A stretch of DNA of 36,692 bases from an uncultured bacterium (GTDB lineage: Bacteria; Krumholzibacteriota; Krumholzibacteriia; Krumholzibacteriales; Krumholzibacteriaceae): the NCBI GenBank assembly GCA_965601905.1, contig CBFCXB010000001.1, positions 1 through 36,692 of the forward strand, read 5' to 3'. A model generated the notes under the pieces. It had not been told where the DNA came from, did not search any database, and worked only from the letters and a program-made list of their open reading frames with translations. This document shows, in pieces, positions 8,426 to 17,131 of this stretch (the stretch's first letter is position 1; each line of letters starts with the position of its first letter). The position numbers were made by a program, and so were the translations under genes.

Positions 8426-11062
8426 ATGCGAAGGTACACGGTAAAAGCAGCGGTGGCCCTGTTGCTTTGCCTGATGATCCCCGCGTTCTGTTCCGCCGGA
8501 ACGGTGGGCAAGATCACGGGGAAAGTCGTGGACAAGGACACGGGAGCACCGCTCATGTACGCGAATATCGTACTGGTTGGAACGCCCCGTGGGGCCATGG
8601 CCCTCGAGGACGGCAGTTTCCTGATACTGAATGTCGCCCCGGGGATATACGACGTTCAGGCGTCGTACGTCGGTTACAAGCCCCTCAGGATCACCGGCGT
8701 GGTCATCGAGCCGGACCTGACGCGGACGCTCGAGTTCGAGCTCGAATCGACGGTCATCGAGGTGACGGAAGCGATCATCGTCGAGGCGGAACGCCCGCTC
8801 GTGCAGCTGGACGTAACCTCGACGAGAACCATCTACCTGGCGGAGGAACTCGAGGCCCTGCCGGTCGATAATCCGGTGGGTATCATCAACTATGTCTCCG
8901 GGTCTTCCGTGGATGCGGGGGGTACCCACATACGTGGCGGTCGCGAGACCGAGATCGGATACTACATCGATGATTCTCCCATCCAGGATCCTATTGCGAA
9001 CAACGCCCTGCTGAATCTGTCGAACCAGTCGGTCAACGAGATGGTCATTTTCACCGGCGGGTTCAACGCCGAGTACGGAAACGCCAGCTCCGGAATCGTC
9101 AATATCATCACGAGCGAGGGTTCGGACGAGTTCCGCGGCTCTCTGGAGCACAGGATGTACCTCCCCTTTCAGATGTTCTGGCGCAAGAGCGATACGGGCG
9201 ATCCACTGGATACGGGGGAGATGAAGCAGCGGCTTTCGCTATCGGGCCCGTTGTTCAAGCGGGAGAGAATCGATATGAGGTTCTCCCTGGCCGCTGAAGC
9301 GACGGAATGGGATGACTGGCAGCCCCGTGTCGAGGCACTGGATCGACCGGGCAAGCAGCGGCTGTACGACGGAATCCTCACCTTCCGCCACGGCAACACG
9401 AAGCTGAAGGGCGTCGTCAATATCGAGAACGACGAGCACATCTCCAGCTATGACGCGTACCGCCTGTACGAGAGGCTGCTGGTCCCCGACACGTGGCGGT
9501 GGACATATAACGATAATTACCGTTTCGCGCTGTCGGCAAGTCACATGTTCAGCGATAATTCGTTCGCGAAGGCCACATTCAGCGTCCTCGACGCAACGCT
9601 GGAGATAGCGCAGCCGGGGAAGGGCTGGAATCCGGAACTCACCTATGATGAGAATCAGGATCTGTACGATATCGACCTCGATATCAGGCGGAACGAGGAC
9701 AACTTCATCGCGAGCGGCGACAATCCCTACTACGACTATCAGAAGAAGAGGATCTACACATTCCGAGGCAGCTATACGCTCCAGAAGCCAAAAAACGAGG
9801 TCAAGGCGGGGATCGATCTCAACTTTTACGACGTCCAGGAAGACGATGTCTTCGCCTCGACGCAGAACTACTACATCTACACCTTCGATGTGCAGCCGCG
9901 GGCCGGGGCCGTCTACGCGCAGGACAAGCTCGAATTCGAGGGATTGATCATGAACCTCGGCCTGCGCTTCGATTTCTTCGATCCCAACCACAAGGTCTTC
10001 AAGGACATCAATCAACCGTACGATCCAAAAGCCCCTACGGACCTGTGGCACGGACCGAACGGCGACCAGGCCCCGATCGAGCTCGATCGCTACGACGAGG
10101 AGGACAACTATCTCGGCGGAGGCCTGGTGGACGCCGATATCAAGTGGAAGCTCAGCCCGCGGCTCGGGGCCTCCTTCCCGATCTCGGATGACAGCTACCT
10201 GCATATGCAGTATGGACACTTCTTCCAGATGCCCTCGTTCGATTATCTCTACGAGAACGAGAAGTTCCATACCAGGGGGCGCTGGCTCATGAGCGGCAAT
10301 GCCGACCTCGAAGCCGAGAAAACCGTTGCTTACGAGATCGGCATCAACCACCTGCTCAGCACCAATACCGCCGTCGACCTGACATTCTTTTACAAGGACA
10401 TCACCGATATGTCGGAGACGGTGACGGTCGGTCCGGACGTCGAAACCAACCCGCAGGCTGCGAGTAACTACGTGACGTTCATGAACATGGGATTCGGGAA
10501 CGTTCGGGGTTTCGAGATCAATCTCAAGAGGCGTTACTACAACAACTGGCGTTATCATGGCGCCTATACCTTCATGGTCGCGAAGGGATTCAGCTCGAAC
10601 GTCCTGGAAGGTTACCTGAGAAGGTTCGACAACGAGGATTTTCCGACCCAGCAGTTCTACCTCGATTGGGACCGGAGGCACTCGTTCCTGCTCACCGGCG
10701 GATACAGCGTCCAGAAAAATTTCAGCATCGATCTGGCGGTCAACTACTCCACCGGTGCTCCGTATACCGATCCGAAAAGCCTGTCGAGGAAGCCTGCGCG
10801 CAATAGCTCCCGTTTCCCGTCGATCAGCACGGTCGATGTGGAGCTGCACAAGATCTTCGAGATCTTCGAAGTGGATACGGATGTCTTTATTCGAATCACC
10901 AACCTCTTCGATCAGCGGAATCTCATCAACTGGGACGACTACGATCAGGATCTGAGAAACTGGCTGGTCGCCAATCCGGGTGATTATCTCGGGCCATTCG
11001 ATGACCTTACTATTTACGGCCCGCCGAGGAACGTGGTCGGTGGAATCAGGGTTAGCTTCTGA
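8426..11062 (+). CDS. TonB-dependent receptor with N-terminal CarboxypepD_reg-like domain
   Basis: GGAGG lies 7 nt upstream. It has a signal peptide and a CarboxypepD_reg pattern (GKITGKVVDKDTGAPLMYANIVLVG...DGSFLILNVAPGIYDVQASYVGYKP). It has a plug (THIRGGRETEIGYYIDDSPIQDP...FNAEYGNASSGIVNIITSEG). A long beta-rich region ends in the aromatic terminus ...GGIRVSF. Confidence 0.9.
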   Translation: MRRYTVKAAVALLLCLMIPAFCSAGTVGKITGKVVDKDTGAPLMYANIVLVGTPRGAMALEDGSFLILNVAPGIYDVQASYVGYKPLRITGVVIEPDLTRTLEFELESTVIEVTEAIIVEAERPLVQLDVTSTRTIYLAEELEALPVDNPVGIINYVSGSSVDAGGTHIRGGRETEIGYYIDDSPIQDPIANNALLNLSNQSVNEMVIFTGGFNAEYGNASSGIVNIITSEGSDEFRGSLEHRMYLPFQMFWRKSDTGDPLDTGEMKQRLSLSGPLFKRERIDMRFSLAAEATEWDDWQPRVEALDRPGKQRLYDGILTFRHGNTKLKGVVNIENDEHISSYDAYRLYERLLVPDTWRWTYNDNYRFALSASHMFSDNSFAKATFSVLDATLEIAQPGKGWNPELTYDENQDLYDIDLDIRRNEDNFIASGDNPYYDYQKKRIYTFRGSYTLQKPKNEVKAGIDLNFYDVQEDDVFASTQNYYIYTFDVQPRAGAVYAQDKLEFEGLIMNLGLRFDFFDPNHKVFKDINQPYDPKAPTDLWHGPNGDQAPIELDRYDEEDNYLGGGLVDADIKWKLSPRLGASFPISDDSYLHMQYGHFFQMPSFDYLYENEKFHTRGRWLMSGNADLEAEKTVAYEIGINHLLSTNTAVDLTFFYKDITDMSETVTVGPDVETNPQAASNYVTFMNMGFGNVRGFEINLKRRYYNNWRYHGAYTFMVAKGFSSNVLEGYLRRFDNEDFPTQQFYLDWDRRHSFLLTGGYSVQKNFSIDLAVNYSTGAPYTDPKSLSRKPARNSSRFPSISTVDVELHKIFEIFEVDTDVFIRITNLFDQRNLINWDDYDQDLRNWLVANPGDYLGPFDDLTIYGPPRNVVGGIRVSF

Positions 11063-11076
11063 GGAACGGGAGGACG

Positions 11077-12945
11077 ATGGTCATGAAAACGACATTATGT
11101 CTCTTCATGGTAGCCTGCCTCCTCGCTGTTAGCTGGGGAGGACTGGATGCCAGAATCAACCCCTTGAAAAGGGATAGGTTGATATCGTTCGAGGACCGGA
11201 GACACGAGCTGAGAGATGCCGCGCAGCTGGGTGATGAATTTTTCAACGATTTGTACATCGGCGCCCTGTGGTTTCCGTCGATTTCGAACAAGGGCTATGT
11301 AGGGTACTGGGATCTTTCGGCCTACTACCCGGGTGGGGGAGATCAGTCGAATGTATGGCAGGCCGGGATGTGGGCCGGCGGGTACGTGGAGGGCCGGGAT
11401 AATGCCTGGCGGTTCCTCGGCTCCGATGGGAGCGATTCCGATCCGGCCCAGTACGACGACCTGAATGAGCAGGCGATCGTCGAAACGGAGGAGGATTTCG
11501 GGTATCCGTACCCCTACCGCCGCCTGACGGTTCACGTGAACACGGCTTTGAAGCCGATCCTTGAAGACGACGTAGACGGCGATATGGGAATGGACGTCAC
11601 GTACGAGTGGCATCAGTGGGGAGTGGACGGCTACGATGACTGGGTGTTCGTGCACGTAACGATCGAGTTTTCCAAGTCGATCGATGATTTCTACTGGGGG
11701 TGGATGAGCGACTGCGACGTCGGCGACGTGAATGTTCCCGACGTCTACTTCGACGACTACGCCGGTTGGAACGAATCGAAGCGGTTCGCGTACATGCGGG
11801 ACTGGGACTACGATCCGCTGCCGGGACAGCCCGAGGCGGCGACCACGGCGGACAGCCTCTTTCTCTCCACCAACGTGATTGGACAGATTCTTCTCGCGGC
11901 GCCGCCGGCAGGCGGCCCGATAACCGCCGATCCCGACATCAACCAGAAGTGGATATCGAAGAACTTCTGGGATTGGAACAACGATGTGTCGTCGGTCCAG
12001 AACGCGTACGACCGCCTCACGGGAGACTGGGAAAATCCGTTTCCCCCCGATGATGACTTCGATTACCGTATCCTGAACGGCGTCGGTCCGTACGATGTGT
12101 CCCCCGGTGATGTCGCCCACTTCTGGATGGCGTACGTCATCGGCGAGGGATACGACGATGATTCCCATGCGACATTCGGCATGGGCACGCTGCTCGAGCA
12201 CGTCGACGCCGCACAGGATTTCTACGATGGCGGAATGGGCATACCTGCATCGGCGATCCCGCCGCTGGCGCCCGATCTCGATCCGGACCTGGAGGCCGAT
12301 ATCACCGCCGATGAACTGCTCGTGCACTGGTCGCCGTACAGCTCCATACCCGGAGGGACGGATGCGGACAGCTTCATCGTGTATACGAGCACGATCAGCA
12401 AATTAGGACCGTTTCACAGATACGACGCGTTCGGCGGCTCTGTGACCGAGACGACGGTGAAGCTGATACCGGGCTTCTATACATACGTCTGGGTGCAGGC
12501 ATACAACGAGGCGCTGGACATCGGCAGCAATCCGTGGACCCTCTCGAGCCGCCTGTACGCGTACAGGTACGACTCGAATAACAAATTTCTGGCCGACTAT
12601 CATACCATTGCCAACGTCATCGGCAATACAGCGATGGAGACCGATCTCAACGAGATAACGGTGGCACCGAATCCGTACATAGGATCAAATGAGGCGGAAC
12701 TCAATGAATACGAGACGCTCCTCGGCTTCCACCATCTCCCCGGACAGTGCACGATCTACATCTACAACCTTCTGGGGAATCTGGTGGATATTATTCATCA
12801 CGACGCTGCTTCGGGTTCCGAGTTCTGGGATATGACGACCAGATCGCAGGAATCGATCTCGTCCGGCCTCTACATCTACCGGGTCGTGGACGCGTCCGGA
12901 AACGAGAAAGTAGGAAAGTTTGCCGTTATTAAGGGTCAGCGGTGA
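11077..12945 (+). CDS. exported Asp/Trp/Tyr-rich protein of unknown function with a variant T9SS-CTD-like tail
   Basis: 622 aa, starting 14 nt after the receptor gene. It has a signal or lipoprotein-like N-terminus (MKTTLCLFMVACLLAVSWGG). The C-terminal ~95 aa read VAPNPYIGSNEAELNEYETLLGFHHLPGQCTIYIYNLLGNLVDII...SSGLYIYRVVDASGNEKVGKFAVIKGQR. I recognise no catalytic motif. Confidence 0.85.
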   Translation: MVMKTTLCLFMVACLLAVSWGGLDARINPLKRDRLISFEDRRHELRDAAQLGDEFFNDLYIGALWFPSISNKGYVGYWDLSAYYPGGGDQSNVWQAGMWAGGYVEGRDNAWRFLGSDGSDSDPAQYDDLNEQAIVETEEDFGYPYPYRRLTVHVNTALKPILEDDVDGDMGMDVTYEWHQWGVDGYDDWVFVHVTIEFSKSIDDFYWGWMSDCDVGDVNVPDVYFDDYAGWNESKRFAYMRDWDYDPLPGQPEAATTADSLFLSTNVIGQILLAAPPAGGPITADPDINQKWISKNFWDWNNDVSSVQNAYDRLTGDWENPFPPDDDFDYRILNGVGPYDVSPGDVAHFWMAYVIGEGYDDDSHATFGMGTLLEHVDAAQDFYDGGMGIPASAIPPLAPDLDPDLEADITADELLVHWSPYSSIPGGTDADSFIVYTSTISKLGPFHRYDAFGGSVTETTVKLIPGFYTYVWVQAYNEALDIGSNPWTLSSRLYAYRYDSNNKFLADYHTIANVIGNTAMETDLNEITVAPNPYIGSNEAELNEYETLLGFHHLPGQCTIYIYNLLGNLVDIIHHDAASGSEFWDMTTRSQESISSGLYIYRVVDASGNEKVGKFAVIKGQR

Positions 12946-12977
12946 CCTCGTAACCGAACATATGGGAGGATTCGGCC

Positions 12978-14015
12978 ATGAAACGCAAAATATTCGTCAC
13001 GGCGCTTATCCTCGTCATGACGGCGGGGATCGCAGCGGCTCAGACGAGTGACAGAGCCGGCAGTGTGGGGGCGCTGTTTCTCAAACTGGGCATGAGTCCG
13101 AGAGCCGCGGCTATGGGCAACACGTACGTCGGCATTTCGGATGATATCACGGGAGTCTTTTTGAATCCCGTCTCGATCGCCAATATCGACGGATACCAGT
13201 TTTTTGTCTCCGAGCTCGAGTATCTCGTCGACATACGGTCCGTCGCGGGCGCATTCTCATTTCCGATGCCCGAGATGATCGGCGGCAGGGGTGCCGTTCA
13301 TTACACGGGATTCCTCTCCGGTGACATGACGATGACAACCGCCCTGGATATCGACGGCACACTGACGAACAAGACATTCGGCTGGAACGAGCTGGCCGTC
13401 GGTTTCACCTATGCCCGTTATTTCACCGATCGATTCTCCATCGGTGCAGGTGTCAAATACGTGAGAACCGATGTAGCCGATTTTTACAGTCATACGGTGG
13501 CGTTCGATATCGGTACGGTCTACCGGACCGGATTCCGCAACCTGCGGCTGGGCATATCGGCGACCAACTTCGGCCCCGATATGAAATTCCGGAGCAAGTA
13601 CGACAACACGTACATCAGTGGAATCTGGCAGGTTTCGGTTCCCGAGGAGTACGGGTACTACCCGCTTCCCATTTCCCTGCAGGTCGGTGTTGCGGACGAG
13701 CTGCTCACGAACGATGATTTTCGCGTAACGGGCGCGATCGATTTCAGCCACCCGAACGATCTCGCCGAGAGGATCCATGTGGGAGCGGAATTCGCCTACG
13801 ACGAGATGTTCTTCGTGCGGGGCGGATTCTTCATGGACATGGACAAGAGCGAGGTCGAGGACCCGATCGATCCGGGTGATGAGGCCCTCGACCGGTTCAT
13901 GGAGTTCCGGTTCGGGGCCGGGTTCCGCATCAGCAACGTGATGGTCGACTACGCGTGGCAGGACATCGAGTCGCTGGGAAACGTTCACCGGTTTGCGGTG
14001 GGATTCAGGCTGTAG
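12978..14015 (+). CDS. PorV/PorQ-family (UPF0164-like) outer-membrane beta-barrel protein
   Basis: GGGAGG RBS. It has a signal peptide (MKRKIFVTALILVMTAGIAAAQ). The family-typical N-terminal motif is GALFLKLGMSPRAAAMGNTYVGISDDITGVFLNPVSIANI. Alternating beta-strand pattern runs throughout and the protein ends ...HRFAVGFRL. Confidence 0.8.
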   Translation: MKRKIFVTALILVMTAGIAAAQTSDRAGSVGALFLKLGMSPRAAAMGNTYVGISDDITGVFLNPVSIANIDGYQFFVSELEYLVDIRSVAGAFSFPMPEMIGGRGAVHYTGFLSGDMTMTTALDIDGTLTNKTFGWNELAVGFTYARYFTDRFSIGAGVKYVRTDVADFYSHTVAFDIGTVYRTGFRNLRLGISATNFGPDMKFRSKYDNTYISGIWQVSVPEEYGYYPLPISLQVGVADELLTNDDFRVTGAIDFSHPNDLAERIHVGAEFAYDEMFFVRGGFFMDMDKSEVEDPIDPGDEALDRFMEFRFGAGFRISNVMVDYAWQDIESLGNVHRFAVGFRL

Positions 14016-14180
14016 AACATACGGGGGGTGCCAACCGTCGTGAAGGGTGGTGGTCGTGGCGGCGGCCGTAGCGGAATGGGAGAGGGAATGCGGGGCGGCA
14101 TGGGGAGGCCTCCCGGAATGGAACCGTTGGAGATCCGGGCGAACTCGCGCTCGCAACCGGGTCATGACAAGTGTCGTCTG

Positions 14181-14210
14181 CGGCGGGCCCTTCGCCTTCG
14201 GGGCCTGCCG
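14181..14210 (+). terminator. GC-rich hairpin downstream of the PorV-like gene (possible terminator)
   Basis: CGGCGGGCCC-ttcgccttcg-GGGCCTGCCG forms a 10-bp stem with one G-U pair. A TTTT run follows only 10 nt later, so this is not a canonical intrinsic terminator. Confidence 0.3.
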
Positions 14211-14366
14211 CAACCGCTCGTTTTCCGTGCTTCCAGACTATCCGGATACTACTCGAGACAACATTCCCAACCAGACTAAGTCATTGAAGTATGTAAGTAT
14301 TATGTATTACCATGTGCCGCATGCTTTGTGCCGGTTGTTAAAGCGAATCAAAGCGGGAGCGTTGCT

Positions 14367-14666
14367 ATGAAGCACGGTTACATGGTTATCATTCTGTTCT
14401 TGCTCTTCGTGATTGTTTCCGGCCTGTCGGACATGCGCGGAGAATGGGAGCTGGGTGGCATCGCCGTGAGCAGGAGCACGTACACGCAGCGCTGGCACAC
14501 CATTGCGTCCGACGGCACCGGAGGTGCGATCCTGGCATGGGAGGATGACCGCGATGGCCCCGGAACGGATATCTACGCCCTGCATGTCGATTCTATAGGA
14601 AACACGAGGCGGCTCTATGGCGGCATTGTGATCAGCGCAATAGAATGTTTCGCGTGCCCGGGATGA
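14367..14666 (+). CDS. short exported fragment of a repeat protein (likely a gene remnant)
   Basis: ATG 14367 with GGGAG upstream. It has a TM/signal segment (MVIILFLLFVIVSGLS) followed by about 1.5 repeats of the type GGAILAWEDDRDGPGTDIYALHVDSIGN. It stops abruptly inside the start of the next gene. Confidence 0.4.
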   Translation: MKHGYMVIILFLLFVIVSGLSDMRGEWELGGIAVSRSTYTQRWHTIASDGTGGAILAWEDDRDGPGTDIYALHVDSIGNTRRLYGGIVISAIECFACPG

Positions 14667-16991
14667 GTATTAGCGCTGGATTTTACATGCCGAACGTGAA
14701 AAAGAGCAAGAAGAAAACAGCGACGATCTTCCCCTCCCTCCGGGATCGATACGTCTATCTGATTCTCATCGCACTGAGCATCGCCGTGCGCATCCCTTTC
14801 CTGAAAAGTTTCGATCTGGTCTCATACGACGGAACGTACTATATACGTCAGGCCGAATCGATACTGGCGGGAGCGTATCGCTCCGGCGTGTTTCCGATCG
14901 GTTACCCGGCATTCATTGCACTATTCATTCCTCTCGTCCGGGATGGAGTCAGGGCGGCCCAGGTAGTTTCCGCACTCGCCGGGTTCGGATCGTTGATCGT
15001 TTTCTATATGCTGTGCGGGATCTATATCAAGAGGAGTTACGCCTTCATAGCGGGCCTCGTCCTTGCATGCACGCCGCTGTTTGTCAGGTTCTCGACGACG
15101 ACGATGTCGGAATCGATCTATCTTTTCTGGATCCTGCTGGGCCTGCTTATCTTTTCCCGCGAGAGGGACATGCCGTTCGGTCTGAGCATGGGGATGGCGG
15201 CCGTCATGCGTCCGGAGGCCCTCGGTGTCTTCGCGGTACTGGCCCTCCTGCGCATCCGCGGGCCGAGGCGTTTTGTTACCGTGCTGGCAACATTTATCGC
15301 CGTCTATTCGATTAATGTCACGGTTCAATCGATATCGGCGCGGAGATTGGTGATCGTGAACAAGACGGGGGCGTTCGGTGGGGGGGGCGGTATACTGGAA
15401 GGTGCGGGAAGCCTGGATAGAGTCCGAGAAGAAGGATGTGTTTCTGGAGGAAGCGATTGAAGAGGGGGGCGAACAGCATGTCTTCCTCAATTTCCTGAAA
15501 CGGCTGCCAAGAGAGCTGGTGCTTCTCGCCAGGCGCGCCTCACCCGTGTTGCTTCTTCTTGCGTTGTATGGAATCTGGCGGAGGCGTCTCTTTCTGATTT
15601 CCTCTTTCGCGCCGTTTGCCGTCTTTCCGCTTTTCACAGCCCAAACCGATCCTCGATTCATCCTTCCGTTCATTCCGTGTCTGATCCTGTATGCGTTTAT
15701 CGGTCTCGACAGGCTGCCCTCCCGAAAAGTATTTCAGAGCGTTTCCGTGCTTCTCGCGCTGTCTGTCGTATCCTGCATCCTGATCAACGGAGATCAGATG
15801 TCAAAACCGGTGTCGGAGGGGTACGGCTGGTCCAAGCGGATGGGGCTGTCTTTCCGGGACAGGGTGAGTCCGGGGGATGCAGTAGCAGACCGGAAACCGT
15901 ACTTCGCCTTCTACGCCGGGGGGAATTACGTGGAAATTCCCGTCGCTCAGTATGACGACACGATCGAGTACCTCGCCTCGAATGGAGTAGAGTATCTCGT
16001 GCTCCACAGCGGAACGATCCATCAGTTGCGGCCCAAGCTGCTGCCACTCCTTTTCGACTGGACGGTCATCAACGGGGAGCTCCGGTACAGGCAGGTTTTC
16101 TTCCAGGAAGATGTCGTGGTGTATCGGAAAAGTCTGAATTCCGATCCGGTTGAACGCGAGCGGCTCGAACGGTTCGATGATGCCTCGATATACGGGCCGA
16201 GCTGGTCCCCCGGCGGGACGCGGATCGCCTTCCGCGTGATCGGTGCATCGGAACCCGACGGCATCTACATCATTTCTCCGGGCGGCGGAAGATCCCGAAG
16301 AATCATCAAGACGGAGGGGCTCCGGGACCCGATCGCCTGGTCTCCCGATTCGAAACGGATCACATTCTCGGCGGCATACCGTGGAAACCTCGATATAGTA
16401 TCCTATGGTTTTGACGGTGCCCTATCGCAGATTACATCGCATGAGGGATCCGACACATCGCTTTCATGGTCACCCGACGGTCGGGAGATCGTGTTCTGCT
16501 CCGACCGCACCGGGCGACGGGAAATCTGGATAAAGAATGTCGCGGGGGGGAGCCTGACACAGCTGACGACCGATGGCGGAAACAAACATCCCTGTTTCTC
16601 TCCCGGGGGAGAACGTATCGCCTGGGTGCGCGAAGGGGAGGGTTTGTACATCTATGACCGGGCCATCGGAGCCGTTACACGCGCCCGGGCTCCGTCAAAC
16701 GTATCATTCCGACCCGCATGGAGTCCCGATGGCGGATTTCTCGCGGTAACCGGGCAGGACTGGGAAAGTACGGATGTCTATATTGTGACGGCCGATGGCG
16801 GGAACACCGTGCTATTCACAAAGACCGTGCGGCACGAATCCCAGCCGGCCTGGCATCCCGATGGCGCGGCGATCGCCACGATCACACGGAGCGGAAGCGC
16901 ATCGGAACTCTCGGTACTGACCGGGATAGAGCCGTACCGGGAGCGCCTGCTGACGCCCTACCGTTTCGCCGTGCTCGGATACGAGCAGTGA
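14645..16991 (+). pseudogene. GT-C (PMT_2/ArnT-like) membrane glycosyltransferase fused to a TolB-like PD40 beta-propeller; reading frame broken at a G8 run
   Basis: ORFs 14645..15460 and 15378..16991 overlap in different frames. Removing one G from the run at 15380-15387 gives ...NKTGAFGGGAVYWKVREAW..., which aligns with the two GT-C paralogs in this window (TGALNFYATYN). TM helices continue after the break (FTAQTDPRFILPFIPCLILYAFI, compared with IFKYRYRVLIEPLLIMYTAML). The C-terminal half has six WSPDG-type PD40 repeats (SWSPGGTRIAF, AWSPDSKRITF, SWSPDGREIVF, CFSPGGERIAW, AWSPDGGFLAV, AWHPDGAAIAT). Confidence 0.8.
15380..15387 (+). repeat. G8 homopolymer at the frameshift point
   Basis: Counted directly in the sequence ggt-gggggggg-cgg. 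The frame changes exactly across this run. Confidence 0.95.
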
Positions 16992-17012
16992 TACCGGTTC
17001 GTACACCCCCCT

Positions 17013-17114
17013 TCAGCCGAGATAGTAGACGCGGTACACGCTTAGGAGAACGGCGGCCGCCGCGATAGCGATTACGACAAGCCAGCCGACCCGGATCAGT
17101 ACGCGTTTTCTCAT
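17013..17114 (-). CDS. candidate 33-aa single-TM peptide downstream of the NOX-like gene
   Basis: My own translation gives MRKRVLIRVGWLVVIAIAAAAVLLSVYRVYYLG*. The ATG lies 17 nt after the NOX-like stop, with AGGAA upstream. It has a basic N-terminus and one hydrophobic helix. It is too short for the ORF track. Confidence 0.4.
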   Translation of the reverse strand: MRKRVLIRVGWLVVIAIAAAAVLLSVYRVYYLG

Positions 17115-17131
17115 TGCATCACGTTCCTGTA

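Noticed and set aside
9239-10849. Long antisense or alternative-frame ORFs. Examples: 9239..10849(-), 8354..9151(-), 11095..12327(-), 13257..14213(-), 17114..18478(+), 23717..24748(+), 26841..27929(-), 3891..4868(-), 30663..31484(-), 32120..33022(+), 34712..35716(-).
   Set aside because: Each lies opposite or out of frame to a gene with clear family motifs. Their translations are Arg/Pro/His/Asp-rich with no motifs, as expected for stop-poor shadow frames in high-GC sequence.
14028-14279. 83-aa Gly/Met/Arg-rich ORF (GGGRGGGRSGMGEGMRGGMGRPPGM...) downstream of the PorV-like gene
   Set aside because: It has a GTG start with a doubtful RBS. Its composition is dictated by the 12-nt G-rich DNA repeats, and the second half is Arg-rich nonsense-like sequence. 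I treat it as non-coding structured DNA/RNA.
14313-14328. Sigma-54-like CGGCACAAAGCATGCG on the minus strand, with correct GG-N10-GC spacing
   Set aside because: It points into the 3' end of the PorV-like gene, with no ORF downstream in that direction. It lacks the leading T and the TT of TTGC. It is most likely chance in GC-rich DNA. A similarly weak match (TGGGGTGCCGGTAGCA at 33855-33870) upstream of the PLP gene was discounted for its poor -24 hexamer.
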